A DNA stretch of 64,000 nt from positions 198,349 through 262,348 of the forward strand of contig NZ_JBHFEI010000008.1 of NCBI RefSeq assembly GCF_041928815.1, written 5' to 3'. The notes beneath the pieces were generated by a model, which saw only the letters and a list, made by a program, of their open reading frames with translations, made no database searches and had not been told where the DNA came from. Each line of letters opens with the position of its first letter. The first letter of the stretch is position 1. This stretch comes from Ciceribacter sp. sgz301302. GTDB taxonomy: Bacteria; Pseudomonadota; Alphaproteobacteria; Rhizobiales; Rhizobiaceae. The translations under genes were made by a program, and so were the position numbers. Positions 29,183 to 38,252 of the stretch are shown in pieces.

Positions 29183-30685
29183 TCAGTCCTCGAGGCCGAG
29201 CTTCGCCTTGACCAGCGCCTGCACGGCCTGCGGATTGGCCTTGCCGCCGGTCGCCTTCATCACCTGGCCGACGAACCAGCCGGCAAGCGACGGCTTCGCC
29301 TTGACCTTGGCGACCTGGTCGGGATTGGCGGCGATGATGTCGTCGACGGCCTTTTCGATCGCGCCCGTGTCCGTCACCTGCTTCAGGCCGCGCGCCTCGA
29401 CGATATCGGCCGGCTCGCCGCCCTCGGTCCAGACGATCTCGAAAAGGTCCTTGGCGATCTTGCCGGAGATGGTGCCGTCCTTGATGAGATCGATGATGCC
29501 GCCGAGCTGGAGGGGCGAAACCGGAGTCTCCTCAATGGCTTTGCCGGCCTTGTTCAAGGCGCCGAGCAGGTCGTTGATCACCCAGTTCGCTGCGATCTTG
29601 CCGTCGCGCCCGGCGGCCACCGCCTCGTAATAATCGGCGATCGCCTTCTCCGAGACGAGCACCGAGGCGTCATAGACCGAGAGGCCGAGATCGCGGACGA
29701 AGCGCTCCTTTTTGTCGTCGGGAAGCTCCGGAAGGTCGGCGAGGAGCGCGCCGACGAAGGCGTTGTCGAATTCCAGCGGCAGGAGGTCGGGATCGGGGAA
29801 ATAGCGGTAGTCGTGCGCGTCTTCCTTCGAGCGCATCGAGCGCGTCTCGCCCTTGTTCGGGTCGAAAAGACGGGTCTCCTGGTCGATGACGCCGCCATCC
29901 TCGAGGATGCCGATCTGGCGGCGTGCCTCGTATTCGATCGCCTGGCCGATGAAGCGGATCGAGTTGACGTTCTTGATCTCGCAGCGCGTGCCGAACCCCT
30001 CGCCCGGACGGCGGACGGAGACGTTGACGTCGGCGCGCATCGAGCCCTCGTCCATGTTGCCGTCGCAGGTACCGAGATAGCGCACGATCGAGCGCAGCTT
30101 CGTCATGTAGGCTTTGGCCTCGTCGGAGGAGCGCATGTCCGGCTTGGAGACGATCTCCATCAGCGCCACGCCCGAACGGTTGAGGTCGACATAGGACATG
30201 GTCGGATGCTGGTCATGCATCGACTTGCCGGCGTCCTGCTCCAGGTGCAGGCGTTCGATGCCGATCTCGATATCCTCGAAATTGCCCTGCCGGTCGGGTC
30301 CGAGCGAGATGACGATCCTTCCCTCGCCGACGATCGGATCCTTGTACTGGGAGATCTGGTAGCCCTGCGGCAGGTCGGGGTAGAAATAGTTCTTCCTGTC
30401 GAAGACGGAGCGATGGTTGATCGTGGCCTTCAGCCCGAGCCCGGTGCGCACGGCCTGGCGCACGCATTCCTCGTTGATGACGGGCAGCATGCCGGGCATG
30501 GCGGCGTCGACCAGCGAGACGTTCGCATTGGGCGCATTGCCGAAGGTGGTCGAGGCGCCGGAGAAAAGCTTCGACTCGCTTGAGACCTGCGCATGCACCT
30601 CCATGCCGATGATCACCTCCCAGTCGCCCGTGGCGCCCGGGATATAACGTTTCGGGTCGGATTCGCGCATGTCGACGATCGTCAT
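29183..30685 (-). CDS. gatB: Asp-tRNA(Asn)/Glu-tRNA(Gln) amidotransferase subunit B
   Basis: [34 protein letters not shown]...[13 protein letters not shown]. Start at the internal ATG with AAGGGCAGA RBS. Confidence 0.9.
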   Translation of the reverse strand: MTIVDMRESDPKRYIPGATGDWEVIIGMEVHAQVSSESKLFSGASTTFGNAPNANVSLVDAAMPGMLPVINEECVRQAVRTGLGLKATINHRSVFDRKNYFYPDLPQGYQISQYKDPIVGEGRIVISLGPDRQGNFEDIEIGIERLHLEQDAGKSMHDQHPTMSYVDLNRSGVALMEIVSKPDMRSSDEAKAYMTKLRSIVRYLGTCDGNMDEGSMRADVNVSVRRPGEGFGTRCEIKNVNSIRFIGQAIEYEARRQIGILEDGGVIDQETRLFDPNKGETRSMRSKEDAHDYRYFPDPDLLPLEFDNAFVGALLADLPELPDDKKERFVRDLGLSVYDASVLVSEKAIADYYEAVAAGRDGKIAANWVINDLLGALNKAGKAIEETPVSPLQLGGIIDLIKDGTISGKIAKDLFEIVWTEGGEPADIVEARGLKQVTDTGAIEKAVDDIIAANPDQVAKVKAKPSLAGWFVGQVMKATGGKANPQAVQALVKAKLGLED

Positions 30686-30823
30686 GGTCTGCCCTTGGAA
30701 CTCATAGATTTGAACCGTCTCGGTAGAACATATGGTGAGGCGGCGCAAGGCATCGGGACCGGCGGCGGACCGATCGGGATCACCGCCTCGGTGTCCAGGG
30801 CGTAGGCGGAACAGTGCGGAGGG

Positions 30824-31336
30824 TCAGAACCCGTCCGGCCCATAGCCCGATGCGACATCCTCGACGAGCATGCGCCTGAGGCCGACCGATTCGACGTCGC
30901 GGTCGAGCTTGGTCGAATGGGCGATGGAGAGCCAGGAGACCGCATAGCCGCGATTGGTGAAGAAGGAGATCGCGGCCCTGTTGCGGGCATGGGTTTGCAG
31001 GCACACCTGCGGCTGGCCGGCAGCGGCGACCTCCGCCTCCATCGCCGCGAGCAGCGCCGAGCCGGCACCGCGCTTCTGCGCCGCCGGCCGCACCCAGAGG
31101 TCGGTGATCTCGTCGTCCCCTCGCTCGCGGGCGGCCCAGCCGAGCGGTTCGCCGCCCTCCTCCGCGACGCGCACGACAGGCCATGAGGCCGCGAGGAACC
31201 GAATGAAAGCCTCGGCCGCATTGTCCCGCAGCCGCTCCAGATCCGCCACGCCGGCGATCGCCTGTCCCCAGGCCGCAAGCCCAATCGCGGCCAGCGCGGG
31301 CACATCCTCTTTCCGGGCGTGGCGGATGGCGATCAT
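30824..31336 (-). CDS. GNAT-family N-acetyltransferase
   Basis: QKRGAGSALLAAME motif A. 170 aa. Confidence 0.7.
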   Translation of the reverse strand: MIAIRHARKEDVPALAAIGLAAWGQAIAGVADLERLRDNAAEAFIRFLAASWPVVRVAEEGGEPLGWAARERGDDEITDLWVRPAAQKRGAGSALLAAMEAEVAAAGQPQVCLQTHARNRAAISFFTNRGYAVSWLSIAHSTKLDRDVESVGLRRMLVEDVASGYGPDGF

Positions 31337-31426
31337 GGGCTCTCCGTGACGAAAACGCCATCAAACCATCGCAACCGCCGTCTGGCGAGGGGTGAGCCGC
31401 CGCTTCCTGCGAAGCGGCGGCTCCTG

Positions 31427-32575
31427 TCACGTGCCGTGGTCGCGCAACTGCACCAGCTCGTTCATCAGGCCGGAGGTTCCGTTGTGGATCGTCAGGCGCT
31501 CGACCTTGCCGGCGATCGCCTCCAAGGCCTCCAGTTCCTTCAACCGCAGCATGACCGGGTTCTCGGCCATCACCTTCGCCGTGTTGAGCAGCGCGCGCGT
31601 GGCGTTGGTTTCCTCGCGGCGGCGGATGACGTTGGCTTCCGCCTGCTTCTCCGCCGCGACGACCTGGTTGAGGATGTCGCGCATCTCACCCGGAAGGATC
31701 ACGTCCTTCAGCACGATGGTGCCGACCTCCAGCCCGACCGCCGCCATGTCGGCGCGCACGCGCTCCGCCACCTCCAGATCGACCGTTCCCTTGCGTTCGA
31801 GGATCTGGTCGAGCGTCAGCGCGCCGAGCGCCCGGCGGAAGGCGACCTGCAGCGCGCGGTACAGCGTGTCGGAAAAATCCTTCACCACCGTTACCGCGCT
31901 CAGCGGATCGACGACGCGGAACTCGGCCGAGACGTTGACGCGGATCGTCACCCGGTCGCGGGTCAGCAGTTCCTGTCCGGTAACGTCGAGCGACTGCCGC
32001 TTGAGGTCGACCACGCGCACCTGCACCGTCTTGCCGACGTTCCAGAAGGCGTGCTGGCCCGGCGGCAACGTGCGCTCGTGGACGCCGTCGACGAAAAGCA
32101 GGCCGACCTGGCCTTCGTTGACGACAAAGGCTGTGACGAGCTCGGTGCGCCGCGCCCGCGTCAGCCGGCGCATCAGGTCCGGCGCGATGTCGAGCGAGGC
32201 GGACACGTCGATCCGCGTTTCCGACCATGGCCCCGCATCCTGCCAGACCACGAGCTTCTGGTTCGGCGCGAAGACGCTGTAGATCAACTGGTCGCGCTCC
32301 AGCACCAGCACCTCGCTGGCATGGGTGCGGAACACCTTCAGGTGCCGCTCGGCGATTGCCGGGAGCCTGTCGAACAACGCCTTCTCGTAGACCGACGAGA
32401 AGGCCGGCGCGCTGAGGTCGAAACGCACGGTCTCCAGCATGCCCTGCCGGTTCGGCAGCATGTGCACGCCCGGCCCGAACAGACCGAGGATCTCTCCTCT
32501 GTAGAGGGCGAGCAACCGTTCGTTTTCCTTCACCAGGACGCGCGAGCGCCCCAGAATCGCTTCGAGAAATGTCAT
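31427..32575 (-). CDS. SPFH/band-7 (stomatin/flotillin-like) domain protein
   Basis: Start ATG with excellent GAAGGAGTGG RBS. SPFH core then long coiled-coil (QAEANVIRRREETNATRALLNTAKVMAENPVMLRLKELEALEAIAG). No NfeD partner adjacent. Confidence 0.8.
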   Translation of the reverse strand: MTFLEAILGRSRVLVKENERLLALYRGEILGLFGPGVHMLPNRQGMLETVRFDLSAPAFSSVYEKALFDRLPAIAERHLKVFRTHASEVLVLERDQLIYSVFAPNQKLVVWQDAGPWSETRIDVSASLDIAPDLMRRLTRARRTELVTAFVVNEGQVGLLFVDGVHERTLPPGQHAFWNVGKTVQVRVVDLKRQSLDVTGQELLTRDRVTIRVNVSAEFRVVDPLSAVTVVKDFSDTLYRALQVAFRRALGALTLDQILERKGTVDLEVAERVRADMAAVGLEVGTIVLKDVILPGEMRDILNQVVAAEKQAEANVIRRREETNATRALLNTAKVMAENPVMLRLKELEALEAIAGKVERLTIHNGTSGLMNELVQLRDHGT

Positions 32576-32956
32576 CGTTTCCACTCCTTCGGCATGGCTA
32601 CGGCATGAACCGATCGTCCTTTCGTCTGGACCCTTGCCGGTCCGGCGGCTGTTCCCGGGGAAACCCTGTTGGCCGTCGGGGAACGTTCGAGGCCGGGCAG
32701 GAGAAAAGTCCGGGGACCGCTGGCAGTCCGGCGAGACGGGCCCATGGGAGAGGGTGTTGCGGCGGGACGGCGGGCGCCGGGAAAACCCTTTGCCGGCCGT
32801 CCCGCGGCGTGACCTTCACCAAAGGCCGGGCCTTGCCCGACCGGCCTCGGAAGGCGCCGCCGACACCTTTCGGCCCGGCATCGTCACCCTCGGCATTGCA
32901 GTCTCCGGACCCATCGTTTTTCAACACCTTAACAGGGTGCTGCTGGGGGGATCCAG

Positions 32957-33027
32957 CATGGAGAAGGATTCGAACCTTCGACTTCAGACCTTAATCTGAC
33001 GCTCTAAACCGCAGAGCTATCCTTGGA
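32957..33027 (-). tRNA. tRNA-like element A; canonical T-arm and D-arm but poor acceptor pairing and an apparent 6-nt anticodon loop, so possibly a pseudo-tRNA or fragment
   Basis: Minus-strand read: ...TAGCTCTGCGGTTTAGAGCG TCAGA TTAAGG TCTGA AGTC GAAGGTTCGAATCCTTC TCCATGC. T-arm GAAGG/TTCGAAT/CCTTC is perfect. No CCA. Acceptor 5'/3' strands pair only 5 of 7. Confidence 0.35.
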
Positions 33028-33098
33028 GCAGACAACGGGACTCGAACCCGCGACCTCCGGACGGCCGTCCGGCGCTCTTCCGCTGAGCTAGGTCCGCG
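33025..33098 (-). tRNA. tRNA gene B with encoded CCA; anticodon not confidently assignable by hand
   Basis: Minus-strand read: GCGGACC TA GCTC AGCGGAA GAGC G CCGGA CGGCCG TCCGG AGGTC GCGGG TTCGAGT CCCGT TGTCTGC T CCA. Good D and T arms, 6 of 7 acceptor pairs. Anticodon loop appears 1 nt short in my fold. Confidence 0.5.
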
Positions 33099-33306
33099 AT
33101 AGATGGTGCACATGCCCGTACACGGTGGCGGCAGGGCCGCCCCGCGCGGGAGGAGTTTGGACCTCCGTCCTTGCGACATCCGCAGCGCATATACGCTGCG
33201 GAACGGCAGAATATTCAAGGCGTCTTGGAAAAATTTCGCGAATATGAAAACGGCGGCCCGCAAGAGCCGCCGTTTGGATGGAAAAACCGGTTCGGCCGTG
33301 CCGCCG

Positions 33307-34788
33307 CTACCACCACTTCGCCGGCGCGAAGCGGCCGGCGGCCTGCTCGATTACATGGGCGGTGCGGAACAGCGTCTCCTCCTCGAAGGGGCGGCCGATA
33401 AGTTGCAGGCCGAGCGGCAGGCCCTTGTGGTCGAGGCCGGCGGGAACGGAGAGACCGGGCAGGCCCGCCATGTTCACCGTCACGGTGAAGATATCGTTCA
33501 GATACATCTTCACCGGATCGGCGGCCAGATCCTCGTCGGCGATGCCGAAGGCGGAGGACGGTGTCGCCGGCGTCAGGATGGCGTCGACGCCGGCGTCGAA
33601 GGCCAGTTCGAAATCGCGCTTGATCAGCGTGCGCACCTTCTGCGCCCGGAGATAATAGGCATCGTAATAGCCGGCCGAGAGCACATAGGTGCCGATCATG
33701 ATGCGGCGCTTGACCTCGGAGCCGAAGCCGGCGGCGCGCGTCTTCTCGTAGAGATCGACGATGTCGCGGCCGTCGACGCGCAGGCCGTAGCGCACGCCGT
33801 CATAGCGGGCGAGGTTCGAGGACGCCTCGGCGGGCGCGACGATATAATAGGCCGGCAGCGCGTATTTCGTGTGCGGCAGGGAGATGTCGACGATCTCGGC
33901 GCCGGCATCCTTCAGCCAGGCGATGCCCTGCTGCCACAGCGCCTCGATCTCGTCAGGCATGCCGTCGACGCGGTACTCCTTCGGGATGCCGATGCGCATG
34001 CCCTTGACGGAGCCGCCGATCGCGGCCTCGTAGTCCGGCACAGGGATATCGACCGAGGTCGTATCCTTCGCATCCGTGCTCGCCATCGAGCCGAGCAGGA
34101 TCGCGGCATCGCGCACGTCGCGGGCGATCGGCCCGGCCTGGTCCAGCGAGGAGGCGAAGGCGACGATGCCCCACCGCGAGCAGCGCCCATAGGTCGGCTT
34201 GATGCCGACCGTGCCGGTGAAGGCCGCGGGCTGGCGGATCGAGCCGCCGGTGTCGGTCGCCGTCGCCCCGGCACAGAGGAAGGCGGCGACGGCCGCGGCC
34301 GAGCCGCCCGACGAGCCACCCGGCACGAGGTCGAGGTTGGAGCCCTGCGCCCGCCACGGGTTCTTCACCGGCCCGTACCAGGAGCTTTCATTCGACGAGC
34401 CCATGGCGAATTCGTCCATGTTGAGCTTGCCGAGCATGACGGCGCCGTCGTTCCACAGGTTCTGCGTCACGGTCGATTCGTAGCGCGGCTCGAAACCGTC
34501 GAGAATGTGGCTGCAGGCCTGGGTGTGGACGCCTTCGGTCGCGAAGAGGTCCTTGATGCCGAGCGGAATGCCTTCGAGCGCCCCCGCGTTTCCACCGGCG
34601 ATGCGGCCGTCCGAGGCCTTCGCCATGGCGCGCGCCTTCTCCGGCGTCACCGCGACATAGGCATTCAGCGCGCCGTTGGCGGCCTCGATCGCGGCGAGGT
34701 AGGCATCGGTGAGTTCGACGGCCGTGATCTCCTTCGCCGTGAGCTTGGCGCGGGCTTCGGCGATGGTCAGGCGGGTGAGGTCGGTCAT
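33307..34788 (-). CDS. gatA: Asp-tRNA(Asn)/Glu-tRNA(Gln) amidotransferase subunit A
   Basis: Amidase signature ([13 protein letters not shown]..., [25 protein letters not shown]). 493 aa. Confidence 0.95.
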   Translation of the reverse strand: MTDLTRLTIAEARAKLTAKEITAVELTDAYLAAIEAANGALNAYVAVTPEKARAMAKASDGRIAGGNAGALEGIPLGIKDLFATEGVHTQACSHILDGFEPRYESTVTQNLWNDGAVMLGKLNMDEFAMGSSNESSWYGPVKNPWRAQGSNLDLVPGGSSGGSAAAVAAFLCAGATATDTGGSIRQPAAFTGTVGIKPTYGRCSRWGIVAFASSLDQAGPIARDVRDAAILLGSMASTDAKDTTSVDIPVPDYEAAIGGSVKGMRIGIPKEYRVDGMPDEIEALWQQGIAWLKDAGAEIVDISLPHTKYALPAYYIVAPAEASSNLARYDGVRYGLRVDGRDIVDLYEKTRAAGFGSEVKRRIMIGTYVLSAGYYDAYYLRAQKVRTLIKRDFELAFDAGVDAILTPATPSSAFGIADEDLAADPVKMYLNDIFTVTVNMAGLPGLSVPAGLDHKGLPLGLQLIGRPFEEETLFRTAHVIEQAAGRFAPAKWW

Positions 34789-34845
34789 GGTCGGCAGTCT
34801 TTCGCGGGACGGGAGAAGGAGCGCGGCGGATCGGAGGCCGGCGGC

Positions 34846-35133
34846 CTATTCGACGACTTTCGGCACGAGGAAGAAGTTGCGGTCCGACAGCGGCGCGTTG
34901 GCGACGATATCGTCCGCCTTGTTGCCGTCGGTGACGACGTCCTCGCGCTTCTTCATCGCCATCGGCGTCACCGAGGTCATCGGCTCGACGCCGGAGACGT
35001 CCACCTCGGAAAGCTGTTCGACGAAGCCGAGGATGCCGTTCAGCTGACCCGTCATCGTTTCGGCCTCCTCCGCGCTCACGGCGATGCGGGCAAGGCGCGC
35101 GACGCGCTTGACGGTGGCGAGGTCGACGGACAT
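34846..35133 (-). CDS. gatC: Asp-tRNA(Asn)/Glu-tRNA(Gln) amidotransferase subunit C
   Basis: 95 aa, [25 protein letters not shown]...[14 protein letters not shown]. Immediately upstream of gatA. Confidence 0.85.
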   Translation of the reverse strand: MSVDLATVKRVARLARIAVSAEEAETMTGQLNGILGFVEQLSEVDVSGVEPMTSVTPMAMKKREDVVTDGNKADDIVANAPLSDRNFFLVPKVVE

Positions 35134-35240
35134 GGGCGGCTCCGGAAGGTCAGAAGGTCTGGCTTCGCTATACTGGCCCGCAACTGCGCGCGCAACCCGC
35201 GCGAAGGGGCGATCGGCCGAGAGGATCGCCCCTTCGACGG

Positions 35241-35945
35241 TCAGAACGAGACCGTGCCGCCGATCTCCGGCACGGCGACCCGCGTCTTCACGCCCTCCAT
35301 GCCGGCGATGAAGGTCTCGGCGGTCGGCGCGACGAGGGGGAAGGTGGCGTAATGGCAGGGGATCGCCGTTTCGAACTTGAAGTAGCGCTGGCAGGCGAGC
35401 GCCGCGACCGCGCCGCCCATGGTGAAGCGGTCCCCGACCGGAACGAGGCCGATATCGGGCTGGTGCAGCTCGTGGATCAGCGCCATGTCGGAGAAGATGT
35501 CGGTATCGCCCATGTGGTAGAGCGTCGGCTCGGCGTCGAAATGCAGGACGAGGCCGTTGGCGTTGCCGAGCGAATGGGAGACGCCGTCCTCGGTGATCTG
35601 GGCCGAGGAATGCAGTGCGTTGACGAAGGTGGCGCTGAAGCCGGACAGCTGGATCGTGCCGCCGGTATTGCCCATTTCCAGCGCGCTCACACCCTTGGAG
35701 CCGAGCCAGGCGGCGAGATCGGCATTGGCGACGACGGTGGCGCCGGTCTCCTTCGCCAGCGCCACCGTGTCACCGACATGGTCGCCATGGCCGTGGCTGA
35801 GCAGGATGTGGGTGAGCCCCTTCGCCGCGTCCTTGCGGCCCTCCTCGCGGAAGACCGGATTGCCGGTGAAGAAGGGGTCGACGAGGATCGTCGCCGTGCC
35901 GGTCTCGATGCGGAAAGCGGAATGGCCGAGCCAGGTGATCTTCAT
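35241..35945 (-). CDS. Metal-dependent hydrolase, MBL fold (UPF0173-like)
   Basis: HxHxDH motif ([12 protein letters not shown]), ~234 aa. Confidence 0.8.
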   Translation of the reverse strand: MKITWLGHSAFRIETGTATILVDPFFTGNPVFREEGRKDAAKGLTHILLSHGHGDHVGDTVALAKETGATVVANADLAAWLGSKGVSALEMGNTGGTIQLSGFSATFVNALHSSAQITEDGVSHSLGNANGLVLHFDAEPTLYHMGDTDIFSDMALIHELHQPDIGLVPVGDRFTMGGAVAALACQRYFKFETAIPCHYATFPLVAPTAETFIAGMEGVKTRVAVPEIGGTVSF

Positions 35946-36019
35946 GATAGGTTTCCTCGCGGTTTGCGTCTAAGGATCTCGAACGGCGTTTACGGAAGGC
36001 GGGGCAGCGCGGTTCATCG

Positions 36020-36496
36020 ATGACGGTATTGACGATAGAAGACCTCGCGGCGACGCTTCAACCCCGCCACGCCATAGCCGGGATCGATCTCGGCACCAAG
36101 ACGATCGGCCTGTCGATGTCCGATCTCGGCCGGCGTTTCGCCTCGCCGCGGCCGGTCCTGAAGCGGGTGAAATTCGCCGCCGATGCGCAGGCGCTCCTCG
36201 CATTCGCGCAAAAGGAAGCCGTCGCGGCCTTCGTCATCGGCCTGCCGCTCAACATGGACGGCTCGCAGGGCCCGCGCGCCCAGGCGACGCGCGCCTTCGT
36301 TCGCAACATGGAGGGAAAAACGGAGATTCCCTTCGTCTACTGGGACGAGCGGCTGTCGACGGTGGCGGCCGAGCGGGTGCTGATCGAGATGGACGTGTCC
36401 CGCGGCAAGCGCAAGGAGCGGATCGATTCGGCCGCGGCCGCCTTCATCCTTCAGGGCGCGCTCGACAGGCTCGTGTCCTTGGAAAGGGCGGCCTGA
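36020..36496 (+). CDS. ruvX: Putative pre-16S rRNA nuclease / Holliday junction resolvase-like YqgF
   Basis: [17 protein letters not shown]...[14 protein letters not shown]...[12 protein letters not shown], RNase H-like YqgF family. Confidence 0.9.
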   Translation: MTVLTIEDLAATLQPRHAIAGIDLGTKTIGLSMSDLGRRFASPRPVLKRVKFAADAQALLAFAQKEAVAAFVIGLPLNMDGSQGPRAQATRAFVRNMEGKTEIPFVYWDERLSTVAAERVLIEMDVSRGKRKERIDSAAAAFILQGALDRLVSLERAA

Positions 36497-36786
36497 GCCG
36501 CCTCGCGCGCGGCCTTGCGCCGCAGCCACCAGGCGCGGATCTCGCGGCGCTTGCGGAAGAGCACGATGCCGAAAACGATCAGCGTATCGAAGGCGATCGC
36601 CCGCGCGACCAGCGGCGGGATCGTCTCCGGCGGAATGCCGAGGATCTTGCCGTAGATGGCAAAGACCAGGTCATGGGCCTGGCGCGTCAGCATGAAGATG
36701 CCGAAGCTCATGTCGTTCAGCGACAGGTAGTACCAGCCGCCGAGCAGAAGGACGGGGCAAGCCCAGAGTATGAGGAACCACTTCAT
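36451..36786 (-). CDS. Small membrane protein (111 aa, 2-3 TM + basic C-tail), unknown function
   Basis: [22 protein letters not shown].... ATGA-coupled to a 44-aa upstream ORF. 3' end overlaps ruvX 3' end by 46 bp (convergent). Confidence 0.45.
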   Translation of the reverse strand: MKWFLILWACPVLLLGGWYYLSLNDMSFGIFMLTRQAHDLVFAIYGKILGIPPETIPPLVARAIAFDTLIVFGIVLFRKRREIRAWWLRRKAAREAAQAALSKDTSLSSAP

Positions 36787-36917
36787 GTCGCCCTCCGCGC
36801 GCCGAGCCCCGGCCCGATCAGCGGAAAGGCGATGCGGTCGAGGAAGACGACGCCGGTCAGCACCAGCGCCGGAACGGCAATATCGACCGCCACTCCGGAA
36901 AAGAACGTCATCATCAT
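36783..36917 (-). CDS. Small hydrophobic ORF (44 aa), ATGA-coupled to the downstream membrane-protein gene
   Basis: [44 protein letters not shown]. Stop TGA overlaps the next ATG. Weak RBS, so speculative. Confidence 0.3.
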   Translation of the reverse strand: MMMTFFSGVAVDIAVPALVLTGVVFLDRIAFPLIGPGLGARRAT

Positions 36918-37316
36918 TACCAACATGCCTGTCCGCATGGGCCCTGCCCTGTCCCTGCGGACCTCATGCCCGCATGCTTATTCATGTGGCGCGTTAACCC
37001 TCTTCGGGCAACGTAAACCTTTCATTAAGGTTAATATCCACCGTCGGGGACCGTGCCGACGCGCGCATCCCGAGTCCGGAAATCGCTCCAAGAAACTGTT
37101 TTTTATCGTCTTTTCATCATTCTCACAGTTTGAATCAGGAAGACCGCGACGTTTCACCCCGAAAGTGAGACATCGGCCATGCGGCAGCGATGGTAAACGG
37201 GACGCGCCGGATTCTCGCCGCAAAACGCCCGCACGCATTGCGGCACAGGCGGCGCGCCTGTAACCGGACGGCGCCAGCCCTCGCGCCATGCCGCCAGACA
37301 CACGACGAGATCCGCC

Positions 37317-38252
37317 TTGACCGCCATTTTCGAAAGCATCCTGCCGGTCTTTCTCCTCGTCGCGCTCGGCTGCGGCCTCAAGCGCTCGACCCGCATCGAC
37401 GGCACGCTCTGGAACGGGCTCGAGCAGTTCGGCTACTTCGTGCTCTTCCCGGCGCTGCTGTTTTCCACCCTCGCCCAGGCGGATTTTTCCGGCATGCGGG
37501 CGGATGCGACCGGCATCGCCACCATCGGCAGCATCACCCTGATGGCGCTCGCCGTGCTCTGCCTCTGGCCGCCGATGCGCCGTCGCGGCGTCTCTCCAGC
37601 CGCCTTCACCTCGGTCTTCCAGACCGCGACGCGCTGGAACGGCTTCATGGCGCTGGCGATCGCCGCCAAGCTCTATGGCAGCCTCGGCCTCAGCCTGACG
37701 GCGCTGACGATGACGCTGGTGATCGTGCCGATCAATTTCTACAATATCGGCGTGCTCGTCTGGTTCGGCGGCGGCACGCGCAGCCTCCGCTTCTTCGCCG
37801 TGAAGATCCTCACCAATCCGCTGATCGTCGCCTCGCTCGCCGGCATCGTGCTGAACGTCGCCGGCATCACCGTCTACGCGCCGGTGATGACGGCGATCGA
37901 GATGCTCGGCAACGCCTCGCTCAGCCTCGGCCTGGTGATGGTCGGCGCCGGGCTGAAAATCGCCGACGCGCTCAAGCCCCGGCCGGTTGCGCTTCTCTCG
38001 GTGGCGCTGAAACTTCTGCTGATGCCCGTCTTCATGGTGGCGGCCAGCCATCTCCTCGGCATCCGCGGCGATGCGCTGCTCGTCATCGCGCTGGGGGCCG
38101 CCGTCCCGACGGCGATGAACGGCTATCTGCTGGCCAAGCAGATGGGCGGCGACGCGCCCCTCTACGCCGCGGTCGCGACGCTGCAGACCGTCGCCTCCTT
38201 CTTCACGATCCCGCTGGTGCTGTGGCTGACCGGCTATCTCGCCGCCGGATAG
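37317..38252 (+). CDS. AEC-family (auxin efflux carrier / malonate transporter-like) membrane transporter
   Basis: 311 aa, ~10 TM, pattern typical of the AEC family (two 5-TM repeats). Confidence 0.8.
   Translation: MTAIFESILPVFLLVALGCGLKRSTRIDGTLWNGLEQFGYFVLFPALLFSTLAQADFSGMRADATGIATIGSITLMALAVLCLWPPMRRRGVSPAAFTSVFQTATRWNGFMALAIAAKLYGSLGLSLTALTMTLVIVPINFYNIGVLVWFGGGTRSLRFFAVKILTNPLIVASLAGIVLNVAGITVYAPVMTAIEMLGNASLSLGLVMVGAGLKIADALKPRPVALLSVALKLLLMPVFMVAASHLLGIRGDALLVIALGAAVPTAMNGYLLAKQMGGDAPLYAAVATLQTVASFFTIPLVLWLTGYLAAG

Noticed and set aside
33103-35352. 749-aa + ORF antisense to gatA/gatC/MBL genes
   Set aside because: GC-frame artefact.
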